A model generated the notes under the pieces. It did no database searches, was not told the origin of the DNA, and was given only the letters and a program-made list of their open reading frames with translations. This document shows positions 1 through 11,302 of a stretch of DNA of 44,647 nt, piece by piece. Each line of letters starts with the position of its first letter. The stretch's first letter is position 1. The translations under genes were made by a program, and so were the position numbers. Source of the DNA: Bacillales bacterium UBA6331 (GTDB lineage: Bacteria > Bacillota_I > Bacilli_A > RF39 > UBA660); the NCBI GenBank assembly GCA_002438065.1, contig DJSP01000093.1, positions 4,937 through 49,583 of the forward strand, given 5' to 3'.

Positions 1-501
1 GGAGAAATGGAAGTTTGGGCATTATATGCATATGGTGCTGCTCATGTATTACAAGAAATCATGACAATTAAATCAGATGATGTAGTTGGACGTGTTAAAG
101 TATATGAAGCCTTAGTTAAGGGGCAAATTCCAAGAGGTGCAGGAATGCCTGAATCATTCAGAGTATTAATTAAAGAATTCCAAGCATTAGGACTTAATGT
201 TGAAATGATTGATCAAGATGGCGTTGCTCATGAATTAAAAGAATTAGAAGCCGAAGAAGATGCTGCATCAGATGCAATTACTATTGATGAAATAGATGCA
301 AAAACTGGTGATATAGTCCATAAAAAAGATGCACCACTTCCTGAAAATTTTAGAAGACCTGAAGTAAATGCAGATTTAAATGATAATCTAGAAGATGATT
401 ATTCAGATGATGATGAAGAAGATGAAGATTTCGATAATGAAGAACCTGATTTTGAAGAATTAAAAGACATCGAAAACGGAAATCTAGAAGTGGAGGAATA
501 A
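1..501 (+). CDS. rpoB: DNA-directed RNA polymerase subunit beta, C-terminal end (5' part lies upstream of the window)
   Basis: The frame is open from base 1. [38 protein letters not shown]...[17 protein letters not shown] is the conserved RpoB C-terminus. The stop lies 2 nt before the rpoC start. The tail is acidic (D/E-rich). Confidence 0.95.
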   Translation, partial: GEMEVWALYAYGAAHVLQEIMTIKSDDVVGRVKVYEALVKGQIPRGAGMPESFRVLIKEFQALGLNVEMIDQDGVAHELKELEAEEDAASDAITIDEIDAKTGDIVHKKDAPLPENFRRPEVNADLNDNLEDDYSDDDEEDEDFDNEEPDFEELKDIENGNLEVEE

Positions 502-503
502 AA

Positions 504-3500
504 ATGTTGGAAGTTAATAATATTAAAGGTATTCGTATTAGTATTGCTAGCCCTGAAAAGATAAGAAGTTGGTCTTTTGGTGAAGTAAAAAAACCAGAAA
601 CAATTAATTATCGTACATTAAAACCAGAAAGAGATGGATTATTCTGTGAAAAAATCTTTGGACCTACAAAAGACTTTGAATGTTCATGTGGTAAATATAA
701 AAGATTAAGATATAAAAACGTAGTTTGTGATAGATGTGGTGTAGAAGTTACTCGCTCTAAAGTACGTCGTGAACGTATGGGACACATAGAGCTTGCTGCA
801 CCTTGCTCTCACATTTGGTTCTTCAAAGGTGTTCCATCAAAAATGGGATTAGTACTAGATATGTCTCCAAGAGAACTTGAAGAAGTATTATATTTCGTTT
901 CATACGTAGTAATTAATCCTGGAACAGCTCCACTAGAGAAAAAACAAACCCTATCAGATAAAGAATATCGTGCATATTATGAAAAATATGGTAATTCATT
1001 TGAAGTAGGTATGGGTGCTGAAGCAATCCAAAAATTATTAAAAGAAGTAGACGTTGATAAAGAAATTGAAAAATTACGTGCTGAATTAGACGGAGCAACT
1101 GGTCAAAAACGTATCCGTTTAGTTAAGAGATTAGACTGTTTAGTAGCGTTCCAAACATCAGGAAATAAACCTGAATGGATGGTATTAGACGTAATTCCAG
1201 TAATTCCACCAGATTTAAGACCAATGATTCAATTAGATGGTGGTAGATTTGCAACATCTGACTTAAACGATTTATATCGTCGTATCATTAATCGTAACAA
1301 TCGTTTAAAGAAATTATTAGAGCTTGGTGCTCCATCAATAATTGTTCAAAATGAAAAACGTATGTTACAAGAAGCAGTTGATACATTATTTGATAACGGT
1401 AGACGTGGAAGAAGTGTAAGCGGCGCTGGTAACCGTGCATTAAAATCATTATCTTCTATGTTAAAGGGTAAACAAGGACGTTTCCGTCAAAACTTATTAG
1501 GTAAACGTGTTGATTACTCTGGACGTTCAGTTATCGTTGTTGGACCAAATTTAAAAATGTATGAATGTGGTCTTCCAAAAGATATGGCTTTAGAACTATT
1601 TAAACCTCATGTAATTAATGGTTTAGTAGAAAGAGGCCTAGCTCATAACATTAAAGGAGCTAAAAAATTAATAGATAATAAAGATGACTGTGTTTGGGAC
1701 GTAGTTGAAGATGTAATTACTGAACATCCTGTTATGCTTAACCGTGCTCCAACATTACATAGACTTGGTATTCAAGCATTCGAACCAAAATTAGTTGGTG
1801 GTAAAGCTATCAGATTACACCCATTAGTATGTGCTGCATTTAATGCCGATTTCGATGGTGACCAAATGGCAGTTCACGTACCAATTAGTGAAGAAGCTAA
1901 AGCTGAAGCAAGAATCCTAATGTTAGGTGCTAATAACATCTTAAAACCATCAGATGGTAAACCAATCGTTACTCCATCACAAGATATGGTATTAGGAAAC
2001 TATTACATTACATTAGAGTATGCTGGAGAACCAAACGAAGGTAAAGTTTATAAAAATTCAAATGAAGCATTAATGGCTTATGAAAGAAGAGATATTACAT
2101 TACACACAAGAATTGCTCTTCCCGTTAAATCATTTAAATATAAAATATTTGCTGATGATGTTAAAGATAAATATTTAGTTACAACAGCCGGTAAATTATT
2201 ATTTAATGAAATCTTACCAGATACTTATCCATACATCAATGAACCAACTAAAGATAATATTGAAGGATTAACTCCAAGTAAATATTTCTTAGAAATGGGT
2301 ACAAATATTCCTGAAGCAATTAAAGCTATGCCTTTAACACCAGCGTTTGCTAAAAAGACATTACAACAAATAATTGCTCAAATATTTAAACGTTATAAAA
2401 CAACTGAAACATCTATGATGCTAGATAGATTAAAAGATTTAGGATTTAAATATTCTACAATTTCAGGTATCACATTCAGTATTATGGATATCATGACTAG
2501 TCAACATAAACAAGAATATATTGCTGCTGGTCAAGAAAAAGTTAATAAAATAAATAAACAATTCCAAAGAGGTTTAATTACTGATTTAGAAAGACATAAT
2601 TCAGTATGTGCCGTATGGAATGAAGTAAGAAGTCAAGTAGAAGCAGAATTAAAAGAAATTGCTGCAAATAATCCAACTAACCCAATATTCATCATGATGT
2701 CATCTGGTGCTCGTGGTTCATTAAACCAATTTACTCAAATGGCAGGTATGCGTGGATTAATGGCTAAACCAAACGGAGATGCAGTAGAAATTCCTATTTT
2801 AACATCACTTTATGAAGGACACTCAGTTAACGAATTCTTCGTTAATACTCACGGTGCTCGTAAAGGATCAGCCGATTCAGCTCTTAAGACAGCCGATTCA
2901 GGTTACTTAACGAGAAGACTTGTAGATGTTGGTCAAGATATAATTATTAAAGAAGAAGATTGTGGTTGTACATCAGGCTTAGTAGTATCAGACTTTATTA
3001 ATGATAATGATGGATCAGTTATTGAATCAATGGCTGAAAGAATTGTTGGTAGATATGCTGCTAAAAAAGTTATCAATCCTAAAACTAAAGAAGTTATTGT
3101 TGATAAAGGTGAAGCAATTACTGAAAGTATTGCAAATAAGATTGTTAAAGCGGGTATTACAAAAGTTGAAATTAGAAGCATATTAACTTGTAAGAGTGAA
3201 CATGGAATTTGTCAAAAATGTTATGGTTACAACCTAGCAACTGGTAACTTAGTTGAAACAGGTGAAGCTGTAGGTATTATGGCTGCTCAATCAATCGGTG
3301 AGCCAGGTACACAGTTAACACTTCGTACATTCCATGCCGGTGGTGTTGCTTCAGAAGAAGATATCACTCAAGGTTTACCAAGAGTTGAAGAAGTATTCGA
3401 AGCACGTCGTCCAAAAGGAAAAGCAACAATTGCTGAAATTACAGGTAAAGTATCTAAAATTGAAGATGCTTCTGGTAAATGGAAAGTAACTGTTATGAAC

Positions 3501-4226
3501 GATAACGAAGCTAGAGAGCATACAACAAGCTATGGTGCTAAATTAAGAGTCGAAGTAGGATCAGAAGTTAATGCTGGTGATAGATTAACTGAAGGTATTA
3601 TTGCACCTAAAGAATTACTTGCAGTTACCGATCCAATTACTACACAAGAATATATCTTAAAAGAAATTCAAAAAGTATATAAATCACAAGGTGTTGATAT
3701 CGCTGATAAACACGTTGAAGTTATTGCATCAAGAATGATTAATAAGATCAGAATAACTGATGCTGGTGATACTGATATGGTAGCTGGTTTAACAGTTAGT
3801 ATTAGAGAATTCGCTAAGAAGAATAAACCAACTATTCTTGAAGGTAAAGTTCCTGCTAAAGGTTATCCAATTATCTTAGGTATTACAAAATCAAGTTTAG
3901 AAACTGATTCATTCTTATCAGCTGCATCATTCCAAGAAACAACGAGAGTATTAACAGATGCTGCTATTAAAGGAAAAGTTGATGAATTAAGAGGCTTAAA
4001 AGAAAATGTTATTTTAGGTAAATTAATTCCGGCTGGTACTGGTGCTAGACAATATGCTGATGTAGAAATAACATTAGAAAAAGAATTTTTATCAGATGAA
4101 CCAAGTGAGGTATTGGAAGAAGAATTCTTAGATAATGAAGAAAAAACAAATATCGAAGTTAATGAAGTAGAAGAAAATGCTCCAGAAAATAACAAAGAAA
4201 CTACTGAAACTAACGATAGCGAATAA
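504..4226 (+). CDS. rpoC: DNA-directed RNA polymerase subunit beta'
   Basis: 1240 aa. N-terminal Zn finger [23 protein letters not shown], catalytic [14 protein letters not shown] motif, conserved C-terminal GKLIPAGTG, and an acidic tail. Confidence 0.98.
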   Translation: MLEVNNIKGIRISIASPEKIRSWSFGEVKKPETINYRTLKPERDGLFCEKIFGPTKDFECSCGKYKRLRYKNVVCDRCGVEVTRSKVRRERMGHIELAAPCSHIWFFKGVPSKMGLVLDMSPRELEEVLYFVSYVVINPGTAPLEKKQTLSDKEYRAYYEKYGNSFEVGMGAEAIQKLLKEVDVDKEIEKLRAELDGATGQKRIRLVKRLDCLVAFQTSGNKPEWMVLDVIPVIPPDLRPMIQLDGGRFATSDLNDLYRRIINRNNRLKKLLELGAPSIIVQNEKRMLQEAVDTLFDNGRRGRSVSGAGNRALKSLSSMLKGKQGRFRQNLLGKRVDYSGRSVIVVGPNLKMYECGLPKDMALELFKPHVINGLVERGLAHNIKGAKKLIDNKDDCVWDVVEDVITEHPVMLNRAPTLHRLGIQAFEPKLVGGKAIRLHPLVCAAFNADFDGDQMAVHVPISEEAKAEARILMLGANNILKPSDGKPIVTPSQDMVLGNYYITLEYAGEPNEGKVYKNSNEALMAYERRDITLHTRIALPVKSFKYKIFADDVKDKYLVTTAGKLLFNEILPDTYPYINEPTKDNIEGLTPSKYFLEMGTNIPEAIKAMPLTPAFAKKTLQQIIAQIFKRYKTTETSMMLDRLKDLGFKYSTISGITFSIMDIMTSQHKQEYIAAGQEKVNKINKQFQRGLITDLERHNSVCAVWNEVRSQVEAELKEIAANNPTNPIFIMMSSGARGSLNQFTQMAGMRGLMAKPNGDAVEIPILTSLYEGHSVNEFFVNTHGARKGSADSALKTADSGYLTRRLVDVGQDIIIKEEDCGCTSGLVVSDFINDNDGSVIESMAERIVGRYAAKKVINPKTKEVIVDKGEAITESIANKIVKAGITKVEIRSILTCKSEHGICQKCYGYNLATGNLVETGEAVGIMAAQSIGEPGTQLTLRTFHAGGVASEEDITQGLPRVEEVFEARRPKGKATIAEITGKVSKIEDASGKWKVTVMNDNEAREHTTSYGAKLRVEVGSEVNAGDRLTEGIIAPKELLAVTDPITTQEYILKEIQKVYKSQGVDIADKHVEVIASRMINKIRITDAGDTDMVAGLTVSIREFAKKNKPTILEGKVPAKGYPIILGITKSSLETDSFLSAASFQETTRVLTDAAIKGKVDELRGLKENVILGKLIPAGTGARQYADVEITLEKEFLSDEPSEVLEEEFLDNEEKTNIEVNEVEENAPENNKETTETNDSE

Positions 4227-4232
4227 AATAAG

Positions 4233-4262
4233 AAACTAAGATAGAAATATCTTAGTTTTTTT
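4233..4262 (+). terminator. Rho-independent terminator after rpoC
   Basis: Stem aactaagata (4234-4243) pairs with tatcttagtt (4248-4257). GAAA loop, followed by a T-run to 4262. Confidence 0.8.
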
Positions 4263-4304
4263 GCTATATATCTAAACATATGTACATAATTTTATAATAA
4301 ACAT

Positions 4305-4333
4305 TTTACATTTTATAGTCAATTTGATAGAAT
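4305..4333 (+). promoter_or_regulatory. Sigma-A-type promoter (TTTACA-17-TAGAAT)
   Basis: -35 tttaca at 4305-4310, 17-nt spacer, -10 tagaat at 4328-4333. Lies upstream of the small ORF and the metG remnant. Confidence 0.5.
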
Positions 4334-4347
4334 ATATTTGTGATTTT

Positions 4348-4443
4348 ATGAAGAAGTATCAAAGATGGATATACATTATATCTGCCATTATAATTTTTAT
4401 TTTAATTATAGCAATGCTTATAATTCACACATTTAGTTATTAA
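4348..4443 (+). CDS. Possible 31-aa hydrophobic peptide (MKKYQRWIYIISAIIIFILIIAMLIIHTFSY)
   Basis: ATG-to-TAA ORF found by hand and not in the supplied track. It has one predicted TM helix and no convincing SD. It occupies the place where the metG 5' end should be. Confidence 0.3.
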   Translation: MKKYQRWIYIISAIIIFILIIAMLIIHTFSY

Positions 4444-4450
4444 AAGGAGA

Positions 4451-5853
4451 TTAGATAATAATATTGGCTTTAATTATGATTTATATACTGCAACAATGAA
4501 GAATTATTATAAAAAATATGTTCAAAATGCTTTTTTAAAAATGATTAATAATGGATATATTTATGAAAAAGCAATTGAACAAGACTACTGTGATACATGT
4601 AATAAATTTGTATCAGATCGTGAAATAGTTGGAACATGTCCAAATTGTGGTGGAGAATCTACTGGTGATCAATGTGATAATTGTTTAGCATCATTAGACC
4701 CAAGTCAAGTATTAAATAAACATTGTAAAACATGTGGTAGCTTGTTAACAACTAAAATAAATAAACATTTATATTTTAAATTACCAGATTTAAAGAAGAA
4801 TTGCAAAAACTATTAGATAAAAATAAAGATAAATGGCGTAAAAACGCTATTGGAGAAACTCAAAAATATATTGATGGTTTAGTAGAAAGAGCAACAACTA
4901 GAGAACTTGACTGGGGTGTTGAAGTACCAGTAAAAGGCTACGAAAACAAAAGAATATATGTATGGATTGAAGCTGTTTTAGGTTATTTAAGTACAGCCGA
5001 TAAGGTATTACGTGAAAGAGGATTAAATCCCGATGATGTATTATCAGATAACAATCAAAATCTAAGAGTTTATATGGTTCATGGCAAAGATAATATTCCA
5101 TTCCATACAACAATTTTTCCAGCCCTTGAATTAGCAATAGGTGATAATTATAGATTACCTGATTATATAATTTCATCAGCATATGTTAATTTAAATAATG
5201 AAAAAATGAGTAAAAGTAAAGGAAACCTAATATCAGTTAACGAATTATTAGAATTATTTAATAAAGATACTTTAAGATTCTACTTTATTTTTAACGGACC
5301 TGAAGTTAAAGATATAAGTTGTTCAATTGAAGAAATGATAACTGTTCATAATAAATTCTTAGTTGGAACACTAGGAAACTTTATTAATCGTAACTTCTCA
5401 TTTATAAATAAAAAATTTGAAGGTATTATTGCTGAAGGAACAGTTGATTCTAAAATAAAAGAAACAACTTTAAATACTTATAAAGAAGTTGGAGAACTAA
5501 TTGAAAAAGGAGAATTAAAGTCAGCGTTATCAAAAGTAATGGATTACATTTCTTTAGGCAACAAATATTATGATGAAAATACTCCATGGATTAAAGTAAA
5601 AGAAAATATTAAAGAATTTAACGATATAACTTATACTTGTACATATATGACAGTAAATATAGCTAATTTAATTAGACCGTTCTTAAGTGAAACTTCAGAT
5701 AAAATTCTTAACATGCTAGACATATCTAAAGAAAGTAACTGGCAAGAAAAAGAATTAACCGGAAACATTAAAATAGTAAATAATGAACTATTATTAAATC
5801 GCATCGATGATGAAGAAACTAAAAGTATTATGGATAAATTAAATAACAAATAG
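4451..5853 (+). pseudogene. metG: Methionine--tRNA ligase remnant: N-terminally truncated and frameshifted
   Basis: ORFs 4496-4816 and 4801-5853 are one MetRS frame broken by a 1-nt deletion at the A-run 4792-4794 (KLPDL | KEELQKLL). Zn knuckles CDTC/CPNC/CDNC/CKTC and KMSKS (NNEKMSKSKGN) are present. The frame only opens at 4424 and similarity starts near LDNNIGFNYDLYTAT. About 85 N-terminal residues, including the HIGH motif, are therefore missing. Confidence 0.8.
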
Positions 5854-5861
5854 TTTAAAAT

Positions 5862-5897
5862 AAAGTCTTACAATGATAATAGTAAGGCTTTTCTATT
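5862..5897 (+). terminator. Probable terminator after the metG remnant
   Basis: aaagtcttac (5862-5871) pairs with gtaaggcttt (5882-5891) with one G-U pair. 10-nt loop and a weak T-rich tail. Confidence 0.45.
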
Positions 5898-5924
5898 GAT
5901 TTAATAACAAATGTTTGCTATAAT
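5896..5924 (+). promoter_or_regulatory. Sigma-A-type promoter (TTGATT-17-TATAAT)
   Basis: -35 at 5896-5901, 17-nt spacer, -10 tataat at 5919-5924. Lies 30 nt upstream of the AGGGGG SD and the ATG at 5955. Confidence 0.55.
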
Positions 5925-5954
5925 ATATCACATGTAACCAAAGGGGGAATTTAT

Positions 5955-7358
5955 ATGTCAAGAAAAACACAGACAATTTATGAATATTTTGAAGAATATC
6001 CTGAAGAAATGATAGATAAGGTCATATCAAAATTAAACACTGCTGAAAAAGAATTATTAACTATTAGATATGGAGAAGATTTGCATAATCCATGTCCAAA
6101 AGAAGAATGGAGTAATAATAAATATCGTTATCAATTTTACAAAATATTACTTCCTAAAATTAGAACTTTATTAGAAGCAGAAAAAGAAAAAGAAAATGAT
6201 ATAGTTAAAGAAAATGAAGAAGAAAGTAAAGATATTGTTCAAGAAAGTATAAAAGAATATCCTAAAGAAGTAGAAATATCTTCAATTTCAACTTATACAA
6301 CTTACGATTTAAATGATTATAAAGTATTAATTGATTTAATAAATAAAAATGTATCAAATACAGATATATGTAATAAGCTAAATATTACTTTTTCTGAATT
6401 AACAGCAAAGTTATTAGAACTTAAGAATTCAGGTGTATCATATCAAAGAAAATATTATTCAAATGGTATGATCCAATATGTACCTATTTCAAGAATATCA
6501 TGTTTAAAAAATAATGCTAAGCAAAGTCAAGAAGAAACAATTATAACTGATAAATTTGAAAACGAAATAAGAATTGTAGCTTCATCAGATTTCCATTATG
6601 GAAACAGTGAATGTCGTCAAGATCTAATTGAGAAAGCATTTAATTATTGTGTTCAAAATGGAATTCATATTATTATGTGTGGTGGTGACTTACTTGATGG
6701 TGTTTTTACTAAGGGGACACAAATAATATCAGATCCTTATGAGCAAGTTAAATATTTCCTAGAAAACTATCCTCACGATGATTCAATTTTAACATTCTCT
6801 GTTGGCGGAGATCATGATTTATCAATACTAAATAGTGCTTGCATAGATTTATCACTAATTACATCAAATTATCGCCCTGATGTTATAATTCCAGGATATA
6901 ATAATAGCTTTATAAATCTTAAAAATGATAAAATTCATTTATATCATCATATAGATAATGCTATGAAGTTTACTAGCGATGCTGCAATTATGTTGCACGG
7001 ACACTCACATAATTATAGTATTAGAACAAGTTATAATGGTAAATCATTAGATATATGTGTTCCAAGCTTGTCAAATATATTACAATCAGTACCTACTATT
7101 TTAGATATGACATTAAAATTTAAAAATGGTTTTATAAGTGAAGTTTGTGTTAAACAAATTTTGTTAGAAAATAAACCGATAGTTTTAGGCGAATTTAATT
7201 ATTATAAAGATAATAATATAGTAGGTACAATAAATAATACTGAAAATTATAAAAGTACAAGTCAGATAAAAGCAAATACCGAAAATAAATACGTAGATGA
7301 TGTATGTGGAACGTCAATGTCTCAAATCGAAAAATTCAATAAAAGATATAAATTATAA
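5955..7358 (+). CDS. Calcineurin-like metallophosphoesterase with N-terminal HTH (sigma-70 region-4-like) domains
   Basis: The C-terminal half carries metallophosphoesterase (MPE) motifs: SSDFHYG, CGGDLLDG, VGGDHD, LHGHSH. The N-terminus (TAEKELLTIRYGEDL) and the middle region (NVSNTDICNKLNITFSELTAKLLELKNSG) look like HTH modules. Confidence 0.6.
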   Translation: MSRKTQTIYEYFEEYPEEMIDKVISKLNTAEKELLTIRYGEDLHNPCPKEEWSNNKYRYQFYKILLPKIRTLLEAEKEKENDIVKENEEESKDIVQESIKEYPKEVEISSISTYTTYDLNDYKVLIDLINKNVSNTDICNKLNITFSELTAKLLELKNSGVSYQRKYYSNGMIQYVPISRISCLKNNAKQSQEETIITDKFENEIRIVASSDFHYGNSECRQDLIEKAFNYCVQNGIHIIMCGGDLLDGVFTKGTQIISDPYEQVKYFLENYPHDDSILTFSVGGDHDLSILNSACIDLSLITSNYRPDVIIPGYNNSFINLKNDKIHLYHHIDNAMKFTSDAAIMLHGHSHNYSIRTSYNGKSLDICVPSLSNILQSVPTILDMTLKFKNGFISEVCVKQILLENKPIVLGEFNYYKDNNIVGTINNTENYKSTSQIKANTENKYVDDVCGTSMSQIEKFNKRYKL

Positions 7359-7368
7359 AAATATAAAG

Positions 7369-7392
7369 ATCCTTTAGATAAGGATTTTTTTA
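7369..7392 (+). terminator. Weak terminator
   Basis: atcctt/aaggat 6-bp stem, tagat loop, 7-T run. Confidence 0.45.
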
Positions 7393-7425
7393 ATTTGTTT
7401 AAAAAATTAAAAAATTTTGACAAAT

Positions 7426-7453
7426 TTAGCACTCATGTATTGACAAGTGCTAA
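7426..7453. promoter_or_regulatory. CIRCE-like HrcA operator 1, overlapping the -35 box
   Basis: TTAGCACTC-N10-AAGTGCTAA. Compared with the consensus TTAGCACTC-N9-GAGTGCTAA it has one extra spacer nt and one mismatch. Confidence 0.7.
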
Positions 7454-7468
7454 GCATAATATTATAAT
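7440..7468 (+). promoter_or_regulatory. Consensus sigma-A promoter of the hrcA operon (TTGACA-17-TATAAT)
   Basis: ttgaca at 7440-7445 lies inside the spacer of CIRCE 1. tataat at 7463-7468. Confidence 0.75.
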
Positions 7469-7472
7469 GGTA

Positions 7473-7499
7473 TTAGCATTCAAGAAAAATGAGTGCTAA
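7473..7499. promoter_or_regulatory. CIRCE HrcA operator 2
   Basis: TTAGCATTC-N9-GAGTGCTAA, with one mismatch to the consensus. It lies between the -10 box and the GGGAG SD of hrcA. Confidence 0.85.
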
Positions 7500-7516
7500 T
7501 AAAAGGGAGTGATTAA

Positions 7517-8506
7517 ATGAATAATCGCCAAAATGAACTTTTAAAACTGATTGTCGAAACATATATCAATACAATTAGACCTGTTGGATCAAAAAGCTTA
7601 GTAAAAAAGCTTAAATGTTCTAGCGCAACGATTCGTAACGATATGGCATTCTTAGAAAGTTTAGGTTATTTAGAAAAGACTCACACATCAAGCGGACGTA
7701 TTCCTTCAGAAGCAGGATACAAATATTATGTTGATAATTTAATGAAACCAAAAGAATTAACTGGAGAAGAAGTATTAAAATTACAAACTATTTTAAATAA
7801 TAAAAATTTGCCTGTAAGTGATTGTATCGTAAAATGTATGGAAATCATTAGCGATATTACTAACTATACAACCGTCATATTAGGTAAAGAGAGTGAAAAT
7901 AATACTTTAAAACAAATAAGTATTATTCCATTAGATACAAATAAAATAGTAGCAGTAGTTGTTACATCTTCCGGACATGTTGAAAATAAACAATTCATTA
8001 TTCCAAACAATATAAGTGTAAATGAATTGGTTAAAACAAGTGAACTTATTAATAAAGAATTATTTGGTACCAAATTATCAAACATTAATGAAAAGCTAGA
8101 ATTTGAAATAAAACCGGTAATTGCCAGAAAAATTAAAGAACATGAGGCAATTATGAGATTATTTAAAGAAGCTTTTGAAGATTTCACTGTAAAGAATTCC
8201 GATGTATTATTTCAAGGTAAAACTAATATTTTAAAGCAACCAGAATATGATGAACCAGATAAAATAAAGGGAATGATTAGTAAACTTGAAAATATTGAAT
8301 TAGTCAAAAAGATAGAAACAGATGATGAAGAAATCAATATATACATTGGCGAAGAAAACGAATTTGATCCAAACGTAACTGTTATTAAAACAAGTTATAA
8401 TATTGATGGAGAAGAGGGAACTATTGCTATAATAGGTCCAAAAAGAATGGAATACGATAAAGTAGTTACGCTTCTTAACTACTTAAAAAGTTACATAGAA
8501 AGGTGA
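7517..8506 (+). CDS. hrcA: Heat-inducible transcription repressor HrcA
   Basis: N-terminal winged-helix region RQNELLKLIVETYINTIRPVGSKSLV...SSATIRNDMAFLESLGYLEKTHTSSGRIPS. Preceded by CIRCE elements and followed by grpE-dnaK. Confidence 0.95.
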   Translation: MNNRQNELLKLIVETYINTIRPVGSKSLVKKLKCSSATIRNDMAFLESLGYLEKTHTSSGRIPSEAGYKYYVDNLMKPKELTGEEVLKLQTILNNKNLPVSDCIVKCMEIISDITNYTTVILGKESENNTLKQISIIPLDTNKIVAVVVTSSGHVENKQFIIPNNISVNELVKTSELINKELFGTKLSNINEKLEFEIKPVIARKIKEHEAIMRLFKEAFEDFTVKNSDVLFQGKTNILKQPEYDEPDKIKGMISKLENIELVKKIETDDEEINIYIGEENEFDPNVTVIKTSYNIDGEEGTIAIIGPKRMEYDKVVTLLNYLKSYIER

Positions 8507-9057
8507 TTCAAGTGGAAAAAGAACATAAAAAGAAAAATGTAGTTGAAGAAGAATCAAAAGATAAAAACATAAAACATGAAAATAAACATAATGAACTGCA
8601 AAAAGAAATAGAGGAATTAAAAATAAGATTATCTGAAGAACAAGCTAAATCAATGCGAATTCAGGCTGAAATGATGAACTTTAAAAGAAGAAAAGAGGAT
8701 GAAATAGCAAATATTTATAAATATTCAAATGAAGAATTAATTGAAGATTTATTACCAACTATTGATAATTTTGAAAGAGCATTAAAAGCTGAAGTTTCAG
8801 ATGAAGCAAGTGATGAAGTTAAGAAATACCTTGAAGGTTTTAAAATGATTTATACAAATTTAATTAAATTGCTTACTGATTTAGGTGTTAAAGAAATAGA
8901 GGCATCTGGAATTGAATTTAATCCAAATTATCATCAAGCAGTTTTAACCGAAAAAGATGTGAATAAACCTTCGAATGTAATATTAGAAGTATTACAAAAA
9001 GGATATCTTTATAAAGATAAAGTTATTCGTCCTGCAATGGTTAAAGTTAATGAATAG
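8503..9057 (+). CDS. grpE: Nucleotide exchange factor GrpE
   Basis: Contains RIQAEMMNFKRRKEDE...LLPTIDNFERAL...FNPNYHQAV. The track start GTG 8503 overlaps the hrcA stop. GTG 8512 has better SD spacing (AAAGGTGA). Confidence 0.93.
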   Translation: MIQVEKEHKKKNVVEEESKDKNIKHENKHNELQKEIEELKIRLSEEQAKSMRIQAEMMNFKRRKEDEIANIYKYSNEELIEDLLPTIDNFERALKAEVSDEASDEVKKYLEGFKMIYTNLIKLLTDLGVKEIEASGIEFNPNYHQAVLTEKDVNKPSNVILEVLQKGYLYKDKVIRPAMVKVNE

Positions 9058-9071
9058 TATTAGAGTTAAAT

Positions 9072-9389
9072 ATGAAGATTGGAAAGGCTATTCAAAGAAT
9101 AATTTTAGAAGATCAATCTGGTTTTAGTGAAGAATATTTGTTATGTTTTGAATTGTTATTAGAAATGCGAGGCATAATGGAAGATGATAGCTTATATAAT
9201 AAGGCATATTATGCATTTGCAGGTTTGTTTTCTAAACTAACTGAAAAAGAACAAATATCTATAAGAAATATATATGAATTAGATGATATAATTTTTGAAG
9301 AAATCGCAAAATCAGATGATTTACAATATGATTATGATTTAAAAAATAAAATAAAAAGGGAAAAAATTAATTCTGCTCACAGAATATAA
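9072..9389 (+). CDS. Hypothetical 105-aa acidic protein inserted between grpE and dnaK
   Basis: ORF only. I recognise no motif. It sits in the tight gap between the two operon genes. Confidence 0.45.
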   Translation: MKIGKAIQRIILEDQSGFSEEYLLCFELLLEMRGIMEDDSLYNKAYYAFAGLFSKLTEKEQISIRNIYELDDIIFEEIAKSDDLQYDYDLKNKIKREKINSAHRI

Positions 9390-9406
9390 TATAAGAAAGG
9401 AAATGA

Positions 9407-11230
<1,824 letters not shown>

Positions 11231-11242
11231 TTAGTAAAGCAA

Positions 11243-11270
11243 AAAAGTTCTAGTTATTGCTAGAACTTTT
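11243..11270 (+). terminator. Terminator after dnaK
   Basis: aaaagttctag (11243-11253) pairs with ctagaactttt (11260-11270). 6-nt loop. Confidence 0.7.
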
Positions 11271-11302
11271 AACTAATTACAATATAATATAAAAGGTAAT
11301 TT

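Noticed and set aside
340-4226. Acidic D/E-rich C-terminal tails of RpoB (from about 340) and RpoC (from about 4090) as unusual extensions
   Set aside because: Acidic tails of this kind are common on RpoB and RpoC of low-GC Gram-positive bacteria. They are not distinctive.
913-4279. Antisense or overlapping ORFs inside rpoC (913-1098, 2933-3181, 3001-3186, 3863-4279). The same applies elsewhere: 4898-5182, 5631-5849, 7864-8187, 10506-10766, 11746-12126, 13418-13606, 20484-20678, 26441-26668, 28202-28420, 30353-30559, 30884-31084, 33173-33466, 34323-34526, 35244-35474, 37941-38388, 40635-40838 and 44186-44425.
   Set aside because: All of them lie inside well-supported genes on the other strand or frame. 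They have low-complexity L/I/F/S-rich translations, no SD, and are expected by chance in AT-rich DNA.
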